In this document: positions 13,033 to 24,779 of the stretch, piece by piece | Numbering within the stretch: position 1 is the first letter of the stretch | How the letters are laid out: the number at the start of each line of letters is the position of its first letter | Assembly: GCA_015680685.1 (NCBI GenBank) | Contig: MNCI01001451.1 | Span: 613,228-677,227, forward strand | Reading direction: 5' to 3' | Length of the DNA stretch: 64,000 nt | Source of the DNA: Gnetum montanum | Taxonomy: Eukaryota; Plantae; Gnetophyta | Made by a program: the position numbers and the translations under genes | The notes under the pieces: generated by a model | Databases searched by the model: none | What the model was told of the DNA's origin: nothing | The model's input: the letters and a program-made list of their open reading frames with translations, nothing else

Positions 13033-16000
13033 ATGGTGCCAAAGCAATGAGGGGGAAAGAGCCAAAACCCTATGATTCAGAAGGTGTATGAACATGCTTA
13101 GGAGCTAGAAGAGGTACCTAGGCCCATCTCCATTTGGGCTTCCTCTATTACTACTCCAAGATAGGCATTTCTACATATTTTTGCCTTTTTTCTAAGGTTT
13201 TTCAAGTTTTGTTTTCTGTGTGTTAGAATCATTTTTTCTAGATCTACTCCAAAATATAATTTTGATGAAATCCCACCTCCCATTTTGGATTTTTCCACAT
13301 GTATCCATGGTCATTTCATTGTTTTAGCTTTTGTAGATTTGATTTTCAAAATAGGGCTTGTTGTTTCATGTTTTTTTTCCAAAATTTTGGGGTATGGCCA
13401 TTTTTTTAGATCTAGGCCTTAGGATTTCTTAAAATTAAATTTTAACAAAATCCTACCCCATTATTTTGGTGTGAATTTTAACTGTTTTCAATGGTTTTGG
13501 CTATTTTGACTATTTTCATGGCTATATGAAATCTAGGTTTTCAGGTTTTTGATGTTTTTAGCATGAAAAAGCAAGCAAAGCTATCTATTTTTTCTTGGTA
13601 TAATGACTGCACATTTGTAAAATTGAAGTTCATGGGTTTGTAACCCTTTGTATAAGCTTTTCAATGGCTATTATCTTGTTTAATTTGACCTTGAAATGAA
13701 TATGTTATGGTTGTGTTCCTAACATTGTGCAGTTAGGTTGTTTATCCTACTTTTGTAATTTCATGTAGCTTTGTGAATTTTTTTTATAATAAAACAGAAA
13801 AGGGTTTTGTTATTTTGTAGTTATTTCTATGTATTCTTTGGTTTCCTTTTTCAAATGGAGTTGGAATCACTTTGATTGGACTTAAAATGAATTTTCTACA
13901 AATTTTTTACTCAGCATGTGTAATAAGGATGTTTGTGCCATTTTCAAATTATTATCTAAATTGAAAAAATTTTCCTTCATAAATGGAAAAGGTTTTGAAT
14001 TTTTCCTAAATGTGGGTGTGTAAGTCTTAATTTAAGTTTTCAAATGATAGTAGAATCACTCCATTTGGAGCTCAAATGAATTTTTTTGACTATGGATGTG
14101 TGAATCCAAGAAAAAAATCACAATTTTAGTACATTAACCATTTGGAAATAAAAGTGGTTGATATGTATAACTTATGTTTTTCTTTTTTGAACATGTAAAA
14201 TTAATACTTAAGTTTTCGTTTTTGAGAAAAGTAAAAGTTTTTCTATTTTTAGCAAGATTTTACTATGGCTACATGGCTTTTTCTTAGTTTATATAGCTTA
14301 GATGATTTTTCCAAATTTATACATGCTTTGGATAATTTAGATGTTTTTTCTAAATTTATGCATAACTTAGATGCTTTTTCTAAATTTATGCATAATTTAG
14401 GCTAATAATTAGTTTTACCTATAATGTTTTGGCTATAAAGGTTATAAAATATAGTAATAATGCTTTTATGGAATTTCTTAAGGTAATTTAGATAAACATC
14501 TAAGAGCTTTTTATAGAGGCTAATTTCACCTCTGACATAGGAAGTTTTTTCTAGATTTGTTAAGAAATTCTAATTGGTCATGATGTAAGGTTATGTTTTC
14601 TAGTGGAATTACTTAGACTAATTTAGGAAAACACCTTAGAGCTTTTTACAGAGGATAATTTCACCTCTGACTATATGTTTTATCCAAATTTATTAAGTAA
14701 TTTCGATTGCTCATAATGTTTTTTGTGCTTTGCTTCATGCAGGGTCTTCTTGAAGGCTATCCTCATCATAGTGGAGCTAGTTTGTATCTTGTGCTATATT
14801 GGTTACCCTAAGACCAACACCCCACCACATAACATGCCTTTTGGGAAACTCTCCTTGTGGTTTTGGCCTAGGAAAAGGGACTCCCTTGCCTATCTCCTTA
14901 GGAACCTCAATGTGATGTTATGATCACACTTGTTTTCAAATGTAGCCAGGGTTGTTATGGATACCTTGTTGCCTTAGGCATCTAGCCTAATTTCCAGGTA
15001 CATTACTAACTAGCCATTCCTAAGACTATAATACTGACAATAATTTGATGATGCTGTATAGATCCCACACATTATTCTAGAACCCACCTAGCACTGTGTA
15101 TCATCTACAAAGGTAAACATGGTTATTGTAATGCTTTTATGCTTTTGGCTCAATTACCTTCCCTAGCTCCATTGGTTTTACAACTTCTTGTAGGTACAAG
15201 GTTAATGATCAGGGTTTGATCATCAATGATCAAATCTTGGTAGTGGCTCAAACTATTTTGGATGAATTCATCAAGAGTCCTCAAATTAGAACTACTATGT
15301 ATCAATAGTTAAGAGGGAATTTTGTTGAATACATCATTGGGTTTAACCACATATACAAAAAGTGTAAGGATGATAGGATGATGCACAACTAGTGGATAGA
15401 TGCCAATAGCACATATTATACCCTTGTAGCTAGAACCTCCACACCACAGAAGAAAAGGAAAGGTAAACGTATATCTTCTATTGTTTTATGGCTCTAGGTG
15501 TTCTATTTCTTTTCTTGGTTATTGAAATTTCTCATATTGATGTTAACTTTGATTATTGCTTCATGTGACCTTCCACCTTAGTTGATGTCATTATACCACT
15601 TTCACATTCACATCATGAGGATACCCTCATCCTAAAGTTTGGTGAAGTGACATTAGCATAGGAGTGGCTAAAGGGATAGGCACCTAGATACATTCAAGCA
15701 ACCATCCAGCATGCAAGTTTGCTCGATGTATTTATGGCATCTATTCGTTCCATTCCTACTACTGAGATGTTACATGTCATTGACTCCTTTAATGAGAAGG
15801 TTGGTTGTTTTAGCATCATCATTCAACGTGTGAAGGTGAACATGAATGTAGGTTCTAGCCTCTTTTGTAACTTGTTTGGTGTCCCTGCTGACAAGGCAAA
15901 GGTTCCCACTAGGACAATAAGGGAATTGGGCTATCGCGATGAAGTTCTAGAGTGGCTTGGTGCCAACATGGGCCACTCTAGAATTTTGATGGATAACTAA
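13033..16000 (+). pseudogene. Four-exon spliced cargo pseudogene antisense to the pol of element A; exon 4 is PMD/Transposase_32-like
   Basis: Exons about 13033-13113, 14743-15112, 15194-15462 and 15582-16000 with GT..AG borders; the exon2/3 and exon3/4 junctions keep frame; stops are mostly TAG/TGA. Confidence 0.65.
14285..14720. repeat. 30-bp tandem repeat (about 4 copies) and a ~135-bp duplication in intron 1
   Basis: tttttctaaatttatgcataacttagatg units at 14290-14400; agagctttt...taatttcacctctgac at ~14503 and ~14638. Confidence 0.75.
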
Positions 16001-16089
16001 AAATGGATAACATGGATAAGTGGATATGATTAAGATAAGTTCCAATAAGAATATCTTGATGAATATGTTATTTTTTTAACAATGAGTAT

Positions 16090-16650
16090 GTTAGCCTTCT
16101 ATAATTAGATGGTGAAATTAATAAAGATATAAAAATAGAATTGAGACAGGATAGTCAAAATGGAGATAATGTTGTTGTATGTGATAAAAGAATATTAATA
16201 AAAATAAAGATAAAATTTTACAAGATAGTAATCAAGCCTACTATCTTATATGGTTCAAAATATTAGGCAATATAAAAGAGGCATGAATAACAAGTTAGTA
16301 TGATAGAAATGAAAATGCCTAGATTGGTACTAAGTATTACCAAAAGAGATAAATTGCATAATATAGACATTTGAGAAAGACTTGTAGTAGCTTCTATTTC
16401 AAATAGTTTACAAAATTATGGCTTAGATTGTTCAGATATGTGCAAAGAAGATTAGACAATGAGCTTAGAAAAAAACATTACCACGTCACTATTTTAAAAA
16501 GTACACTAGAAGAAAGATAAAAAATATGTTAAAAAATGAAAATGATTTTTAAAAAATAAAAATAAATAAATATCTATATCTTCATAGAGATGAATGATGA
16601 AAAAGAACTTATGTAGTTGATCCCATTTTATTATGGTACAAATGCATGCT
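16090..16650 (+). mobile_element. RTE-clade LINE 3' fragment
   Basis: IKPTILYGSKY*AI*KRHE*QVSMIEMKMPRLVLSITKRDKLHNIDI*ERLVVASI matches the RTE RT C-terminal motif; the 3' UTR atgtagttgatccca resembles the plant RTE ATGTAGCCGACCCCA end. Confidence 0.8.
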
Positions 16651-16929
16651 CTTACCCACTAAATTAAAACCATAAACAATTATAGTACATATAAACATAG
16701 TTTGCTAAATTAACTAGCAAGTTAATTTTAATTCCAATGATTCATTTATAAAGTTAAGAACTATTTTATTCATTTTTTCAAAGTAGAAGATGCTAACTAA
16801 TAAATTAAATTATTATAAGACCTACAATATTATATCTATGATGCCATAGATACAATATCATATCTTAACATAAAATGTCATAGATGTGATGTAGTGGGTC
16901 ATGGTCATGGATATAAATATGAGCTCATT

Positions 16930-18900
16930 GTCATGCCAAACTTATCTTCTAGTTGAATACTTATAAAAACTCTTTCAATTTATTTCTATGATTCTAGAGT
17001 TACTCATGAGTCCCCACAATGTGATGACAAATAACTATTTGACATCTTTATTCAAGTAAAGTCTACATGGGTACATTTCATGAATGCAAATAAAGATCTA
17101 CATTATTCTTCACCATTGTAGCATCTCACATAGCATAGATTTAGTTTTGATGACATTTACATTTCCAATATCTATTAGTTATTTGGAAGAATAAGTAAAA
17201 ATGGTTTCAAGTGCTAACATGTAATCATCTAGTAATCCAATAGTAGCTTTGTTTGTTTTAATTAATGTTAAAGTTACTTGATAATCCTAAAAATAGTTCT
17301 ATTAGCATAGAGCATGTATGGAAAACTAAAAAATAATGCTTATTATTTTAGGCTAGCTTAGTGTTACATTTTTTTTACATCTTACCTAATAGATATTCTA
17401 CTCATTCTAATAATCTTAGTACACTTAAAGCCATTTAACATCAACCAGTCATATGTCTTGCTTAAACCTTGCTAACTCTAGTGGGAAGATAATGATCATG
17501 GAATTGTCATCAATATATTAGTATATACATATTATCCCATCCATATATTATGATCTAGTCACATGTGTACACTTGTGACTTCTATGGTTGGATGTTGGAG
17601 ACTCTTAGTACTCATCAGTAGTACCATTGCTACGGATGGTATCAATATATACTAGTTAATTGATTCTATAAAAATTCATTATATTTTCATTTTCAAAGAT
17701 TATGTTTTAGACTTATAATAATTTCTAAGACACACACACTAGATCAGGTTCACTCCACTAATTAATCACCTTTAAATACTAAATCTAGATATTATGCAAA
17801 GATAAAAAATTTTGCTTGAAAATAAGAAAACTAGCTATCTTCAATTAATTTATTAGAAGATTACAATAGGGTTCTCAAAACCTACACATATTTAAAACCT
17901 AACATAAACAAATGATATTGCATATCATGAGGCTCTACAACCACACAATGACTATTCTCAATGCAAGATACAACCAATTAGAGAATCTCTTCCATAACCT
18001 AGGACTAAGATCTCAACTCACACGTAAGGCACAAGAGAATTAAATGCATAAACCAACACATCACAAGTTGATCTTGGAGTTTTGATCAATAATTGCACTC
18101 AACCAGTGTCCTCACCCACTCTCTCTTGCTTAGTTCTTCGCTCTTAAGAGCTCTCACTCTTACTCATTATCCATCGACAATGATGAATACATCAATGTTT
18201 ATGTTAAATTAGAAGATAAAAAATATAGAAACCTTTCCTCAACTCAAGGTGAGGCTCTTCAAATGTTTTTCAAGTATTCTCACCTTCTCCCTATCTATTT
18301 TCATTTTTTTTCATCATGTTTTGGTTATTTCTTGAATTGGGACAAGTGTTTTTGGAAGTTTTCCCATATGTACAAGTCATCCTTGACCTTTGGAAGACAT
18401 CTCTATGTTAGCCCAAGTCTTAGGCAAGACATCTACTATTTTTCAAAGATGTCTTCTCTAGGTGCTAAGACATCACTATAGCTAGTAAGACATATTACCC
18501 AAGACATTCCATGTATAATAGAGACATCTTATTCAAGACATCTCATGTTCTAGGAAGATATCTCCCCCAAGATGTCTTCTTCTCAGTTGAGACATCTTGC
18601 CTGAGATGTTAGTCAAAAATAGTAAGACACCTCCTCATTAGTTCTATATGTCTCCTATGAATTCCAAGCCTTAGCTAAGACATCTTATATTCCTCCAAGA
18701 TGTCTCTCTTGAGTTTGAAACTTGCAAAACACACATGTAGGAAAGAATAAGGGAATTGGAAGAGGCATCCATGCACCAACTCTTCCATCCTATAAAAGGT
18801 AAGCTTATGTAAATAAGGAAGTAGGGGTAGTAGTGGGTCCCCTTTCATGTAGTTTAGTCTTATGAATACATATAGCATCATCAATGGACTGATCCTCTCA
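16930..18900 (-). mobile_element. Possible highly degraded Ty1/copia remnant and LTR-like sequence with agacatct repeats
   Basis: Faint protease and pre-integrase-like remnants on the minus strand (about 16930-17520); more than 10 agacatct/agatgtct motifs at 18390-18710. Confidence 0.3.
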
Positions 18901-19381
18901 ATGGATCAAATTAATGCCTCTTAACTCCCCTAGTGCTAGAAGCTTCTCTCCTCTTGAGTATGATTTCCTTCCTCTTCATTGAAGGTTTGGACTAATCAGT
19001 AGTTTCCTTTAACTCATTAATGTTATATTGTATGCTTTTATTATCAACTAGTCCATGATAGTGCACAAGATCTAAAAAAATTAAAAACAAAATACATACC
19101 AACATCATTTGATAAATCAATCTCAAAAGCATTATCATTGATCTTAGTCTTGATTTTTCAAGGTCCCATCTTCTAATCTTTGAATTTGAAGAAGTGTTAT
19201 GAAAAAATTAACCACTTTCATGGAACAACCAAAAATTATGATGATGGGATGAATTCTTCTTATGTTCCCATTAAAAGTAAGTAAGCCCTAGATAAAAGTG
19301 AAATATTGAAAGGAAAGGTTTGCAAAGATATGATTCTTTAAAGCTCAAAACCTCTTTTTGAGAATGTAATCTATGGCAATG

Positions 19382-22300
19382 TGTTGACCATTAATAGAGT
19401 AGAGGTTAAGTTTTGCTTTCAAAATTTGATCTTACTACAAGAACAAGCTAAGGTTCAAAGCATTGAGTTTTTGGTAAGAAAAATTCCAAGTGAGAAATTT
19501 TGGAAAATGTCCTAGCAAAGATATGATGTAGATTTAAGTGATTAAAATTTGTATGTTAAATGTTTCAAAACAAAGTAGGCTCTCCTAAAGAATTTTGATC
19601 CTTTATTGGTAAGATTTAAGAGCTAGTTGTTTTCTTAAATTATGTTAGACATTGTGTGGGATGACTAAATTGAACATCAGAAATAGAGCTTATTGGTCCA
19701 AATTCCTATCTAAAAGTTAAGTATAGCTCATCAAAATAAAATCACAATGTCTATAAATTGGTTTCATCGTGATAGACATTAAAACAAATAGTGGAATGTT
19801 AAGGGATTTCTCACTTTAAGAAAATAATCTTGATTTTAATTCAAAAAATATTTATTAAAGCATGTTTTTAGAGAAGAAATTTCGATCTGACAAAGAAATA
19901 TGGAAAATGGCTATGTTGAATCAGCCTTGCTAATTTAAACAAGATTAGTAGAGTTAAAAGTGGCTCTATAAAGAAATACCCTATTTAGTTATTCCACGTA
20001 AGCTTGACTAATGTGGCTTGAAGAGGTAAATTTAGGTTCTTCAAGTTAGCTCAAAAATAGCTCTACCACTTCAAGCTTGGCAATCTAGAGCATCATTCCT
20101 AGGATCAAAATTCAACTTCATGAGAGAGCTTATTTTTGATTCTACTACATCAAATTTTTCTTATGAAGAACATGGTCATGAAGTGAAGAAGTAGCTCTAC
20201 AAAGTGATTTTATAGCCACATCATGCAAACACCTTGAGATGATCTCATTTGAAGAATTGAAATTGAATCTATGAGTAATTCCACATTTACCTTTGCCATG
20301 TTAGTGTTTATAAATAATAAGCTTGTAGAATCAAAAAGCAACTTTACAAAATGGCTCTTCTACATCATCTTTCATCTTATGTTAAATAACTTCTAGAGTG
20401 AATATAATATTCTTCAAAATTGTTCTACGAGGCACACCATCATTTGGTCATGGAGCATGAAAAATAGCTCCTGCATAGAACAAAATTTAGCTTCACAAAT
20501 AGCTTTTGAATTGGTTCTACCATGTCATATTTTTAAAAGTCAATAAGTTCATAAAGCTAAGAAAATTTTTTTTAAAAGAAAGTTTCAAAACAATCTTGCC
20601 ATGTTAGCTTTTATGGAGATTTGGTTCATAGAACCAAAAAAGTGGTTCTACGAAATGGCTTTACAAATAAAAAGCTCATACTTCGTAGTAACATCAAATA
20701 CTCATTTCCACTCTACCACATAATCTATTTAGTAAGGTGGGTTTATAGAACCAAAATATGATTCTACAAAAAAATGCTAAAATTTTTCTATGAGTTATGT
20801 CATCAATTTCCCACATAAGCTTGTAAATGAATCTTGTAGAACCAAGAATTAGCCTTACAAGACAATTCTACTCAGGTTATCTCTATGACATCCAAGTATG
20901 AGGAGAAAGCAGAATTAGTTCTATATGTAAATATCATGTGACATGTGGGCTATAATTAGAGAGGATTTAAAGAGTCAAAATAGTTTCATAAGAGAAGTTG
21001 AGATAGATTTAAAGCCACAAGAAGAATTTTTTTTGTAGAACCTAAATTTTATTCTAGGAACAAGTGCACAATTGATCTCATCACGTCAACTCTACTATAA
21101 CGTATTTTCATAGAACCTAAAAGTGGCTCTATAACAAGCTTATCTTTTAGCTCTTCCACATTAGATTATACATAGAACAAAACCTATAGAATAGAAAAAT
21201 GTTTCTACTAAATGATAATATCACTTGCAAAGAGCACATTTAGTCATTAGCTAGTAGAATCATATTCATGAGCTTAAATTTGGCTCTACAAGCATATCTG
21301 AATTTTAGTTCTACTTTCACATCAACCTTGGGAAAAACTCATGAAAAATATCAAGGTCATAATATGTAAGCTATTTGATGATGAAGGTTCGTAGAACTAA
21401 AATTGAGCTATACGAAGAGCTGACTTTTGAATTCTTCCACATTGACTCTTTCATGAGGAACTTTTGTAGAGCCAAAGAATAGTTGTATGAGTAAACTCCA
21501 TAATGGTTTTATGATTCACACAAGAATTGAAGCCTAGACATAGAGCCTACGATATACAATGTCACACATAAAAAATTTAAACTTTAATTCCACTCAGGAT
21601 GTTTAAATGAAGATCTAAAGCCATGTAAGCCTGAGATAAAACAAAAATGGGTAGAATTAAAAAGTGACTCTATGTGTTGGCTTCATAATTCACCCTGTCA
21701 TGTCAGCTCCTTTAGAGAGCAAGTTTATAGATTAGAGAAATTGTTCTATGAACAAGTCCTAAATTAATTCTATAAGACTTATCTTCAAATTTAGCTTTAC
21801 AAATGAAGGCTCCAAAAGCTAACAATAGAATGAATATTGAATGTTTAAACCTTCAATGAGATAGCTCAATCAAATTAAATCTTGAGATAAATTTCAAATG
21901 CCAAATTAAATAATCTATCTCAAGTAAGGAAATTAAAGAACATATCTCCAGATATTACTAAGTGAGATTCAAATAGATTTTCAACACAAAGCTATCAATA
22001 GATAGATCTTAGAGTTGAAACAAAGATGAGAACTGAGTAGAGCTACCATTAAAGCAAAGTAAAATATCTTTAGACCACCATCTTTTGCATTTTAATAACC
22101 ATGTTTTACAACAAGAAAAAAGGAGCATCCCATAATTTTCAAGATGTGGATACTTATGTTTTCTCCAAATATTTGCAAAAATTCAATCTAAGCATCTACT
22201 AGCTATGATAGTGAATTGATGTTATTTGGATTGAATTGAATGTGAAGGAGAGTGACCTCTTCATTTTTGATGAATATCATGAATTAGTAGAAAAGGTAGG

Positions 22301-23111
22301 GCTGAAAGAGATTGAAACAATAAAAGACTAGTGAGAAATTTATAAAAAGGCAAGCCGCCACAAGCTAGGTCTCAAGCCAAGAGTAAACATTATTAGGGAT
22401 GTCCTGAATTGACTAATTACAAAAACTATATATGAAAAGAATAAGCTCTATTTTATGGGAAATATGGGATGCTATATCAATATCAGTGCTAAAAAAGAAT
22501 ATGAATACTAGGCCTCATAGAACCAAACATCAAGAAGGTAGAAGCTCATTAATATAATGAAGATGTGCTCAACAAAAAATTCTAGACTTACCCTAAAACT
22601 AGAAAGAGTATCAAGCTTCTCCTAACTAATTTGATGAAAGATTGGGGATATTGGAATGCCATCTTGAAAGCTTCAAAACTCAAATTTCCACCTAGGATTT
22701 TTATTTTACCATTCCATTTTTATTTTGGCTAAGAAATAAATTCAGTTTTAGATTTTCATGTTTGGACCAAGGTAGCCTTGGAAAATAAAAAGCATTTCTT
22801 TCGAGTGTAGTATATGAATGCTGTACTATAGGATAGCGTAGTTGAAATTCATAAGTAGGGAACTCAATTAAGCTTAAGCTTACTTCTAATAGATTATTTA
22901 ATAGGTGAATTTTTTGAGCTAGGAAGAGAAGCACTAACTTTTGTTGGTTATGTTTCACAGAGAAGAGTCTACCTTGAAGGCCCCTGCTATGATTTCTTCC
23001 TACTTATTTATTAGAGGAGCTATTTTGAGCATTAAAATTTAGAATTTTTAATTAACTGTGTCTATCCCTATTTTATTAAATTTACTTTAGGAGTCTTCCC
23101 ATCAAAGGTCA
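19382..23111 (+). mobile_element. Long LTR of TatII-related family C, truncated by the insertion at 23112
   Basis: Begins TGTTGACC; 19390-19965 is homologous to 63420-64000; contains a GTAGAACC-N7-GGTTCTAC array and an ORF homologous to the ORF in the LTRs of element D. Confidence 0.7.
22000..23111 (+). pseudogene. LTR-embedded cargo ORF, family C copy (N-terminal part)
   Basis: HKLGLKPRVNIIRDVLN*LITKTIYEKNKLYF and GPCYDFFLLIY*RSYFEH*NLEFLINCVYPYFIKF align by eye with the element D ORF. Confidence 0.75.
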
Positions 23112-24057
23112 TGTTGGCGAACACTTTAAACTTCCTTTTTATTGCAAACATTATTCGCCCTAACTTGCCAACTAAAATCACTTAGGCAAGTGTTCTTTCA
23201 AACTCAAATTTTAGTTTCTCACTATTTCAAATAAAACTTAGTGGCTTAAAAATAGTTATGTATAAAATAAATAATGTTTCTAGATTATCTAGATCATTGA
23301 ATTTGTTCCATGGGAAAAATAAATATATGTTTTTCACTACTAACTTGTCTACAAAGTCATAACTGAACAATACTCATATCATTCACTTATTCATTTTCAT
23401 ACTAAATTGCAATTAAATAAATCTATGTCAAAATTTTCCTCTGAGGTATTTCTATAAGAAAATTAGAAATAGAGTAAGCTTTAATGATATAACACTAAGG
23501 GCTATCAAATTGCATGAATCTTAAAGCATAAAAATGGATTATCATAATGATGAGTGAATACTTAAAGAATAAAAACTATACATATCATTCTATGATATCA
23601 AGAAATATCCAAATCTTAGTAAAAAAAGAAATTGAAGAGATCTAAAAAGAAAATTACAAGTATCTAACACTTTAAACTTTTAACTAGGAAGTTTGCAAAA
23701 GATAGAAATGATTTAGATAACTCATAGGAAAAAAATTAGGTACAAATGAAACTTCATAATGACATTGTATTATTTCTAAGAAAAGGTCCTTCTCCTCTAT
23801 CCTTTTTATTTTTACAAAAAGGTCCTTTCCTTCATATAACAAGATAGAAGTAAATCAGTTAAAATGGTAAAAAATTTATACAAAAAGTTATTGAAAATAA
23901 CTATTAGTTTCTCTTTTCTCAAAAGTATCATTAATAAATTGCAATTTTCTAACTACTGTTAAATCTTCATCATTGTTACATCTTCTTCATGAATTATTTA
24001 ATATATTCTTTCTCTCTTTGGACAAGATGCTTGTAGTAACTCTATTTATACAACAAC

Positions 24058-24560
24058 TATGACATCCCATTCCTAGATGTTGTAAAAACACAATCACTTA
24101 ATTTATTACATTCATTATTTTCTTTATTAATATAATGGTAAAAACATAAATACTTAATAAATGAATTAAATAGTAAATAAATAATTGGTACTATAGAATA
24201 TAAAAGAAAATAAAAAAATTATTAATAGGAGAGAGTACTGTAACAACCTCTGGGTTGTTTTCCCATGCTAGTTAAGCCTTAGAGGCAATTTGGCATTGCC
24301 ACCATGGTTAGGTTGTCCAGAAAAAGGGGTGATTAGTCCCTTCTTGTTCTACTTCACTCAATTCCCATCACTTACCTTTCTAGGCTCCACAACTCCATGC
24401 TGGTAGGACCTCTAAACCTGGCCTTAAATGGCATAGATCAAACCCTTTCCCAAGGGATGCGTGAATAATCGTAATTCCTCATAACGAGATGCCCCTTCAT
24501 TTGAAGGTTAATTACATTGTTAAAATTTTTTCCACCCTTAACAAGGGACAAGACATTACA
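24058..24560 (-). repeat. Chromovirus 3' LTR (~503 bp)
   Basis: Direct repeat of 31717-32224; ends gacattaca. Confidence 0.93.
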
Positions 24561-24575
24561 ATCTACCCCCTTAAG
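24561..24575 (-). promoter_or_regulatory. Chromovirus PPT
   Basis: Reverse complement cttaagggggtagat abuts the LTR. Confidence 0.85.
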
Positions 24576-24779
24576 CATCTAGCTCATCCTCAAGTGCTTC
24601 CTCTATATCTAGCTACTCAGTTGCTGCTTCACCGTTATGCTCCTTGGCTTTAGTTCCTTTATTTTCCTCATTATCCCTATACAAAAAAAATATTAGAAAT
24701 TATAAAACATAATTTATTATGTCAATAATAAATACAATTTATCATTCAATATCATGATGAGCAAAAATTTGGGAGTAGG

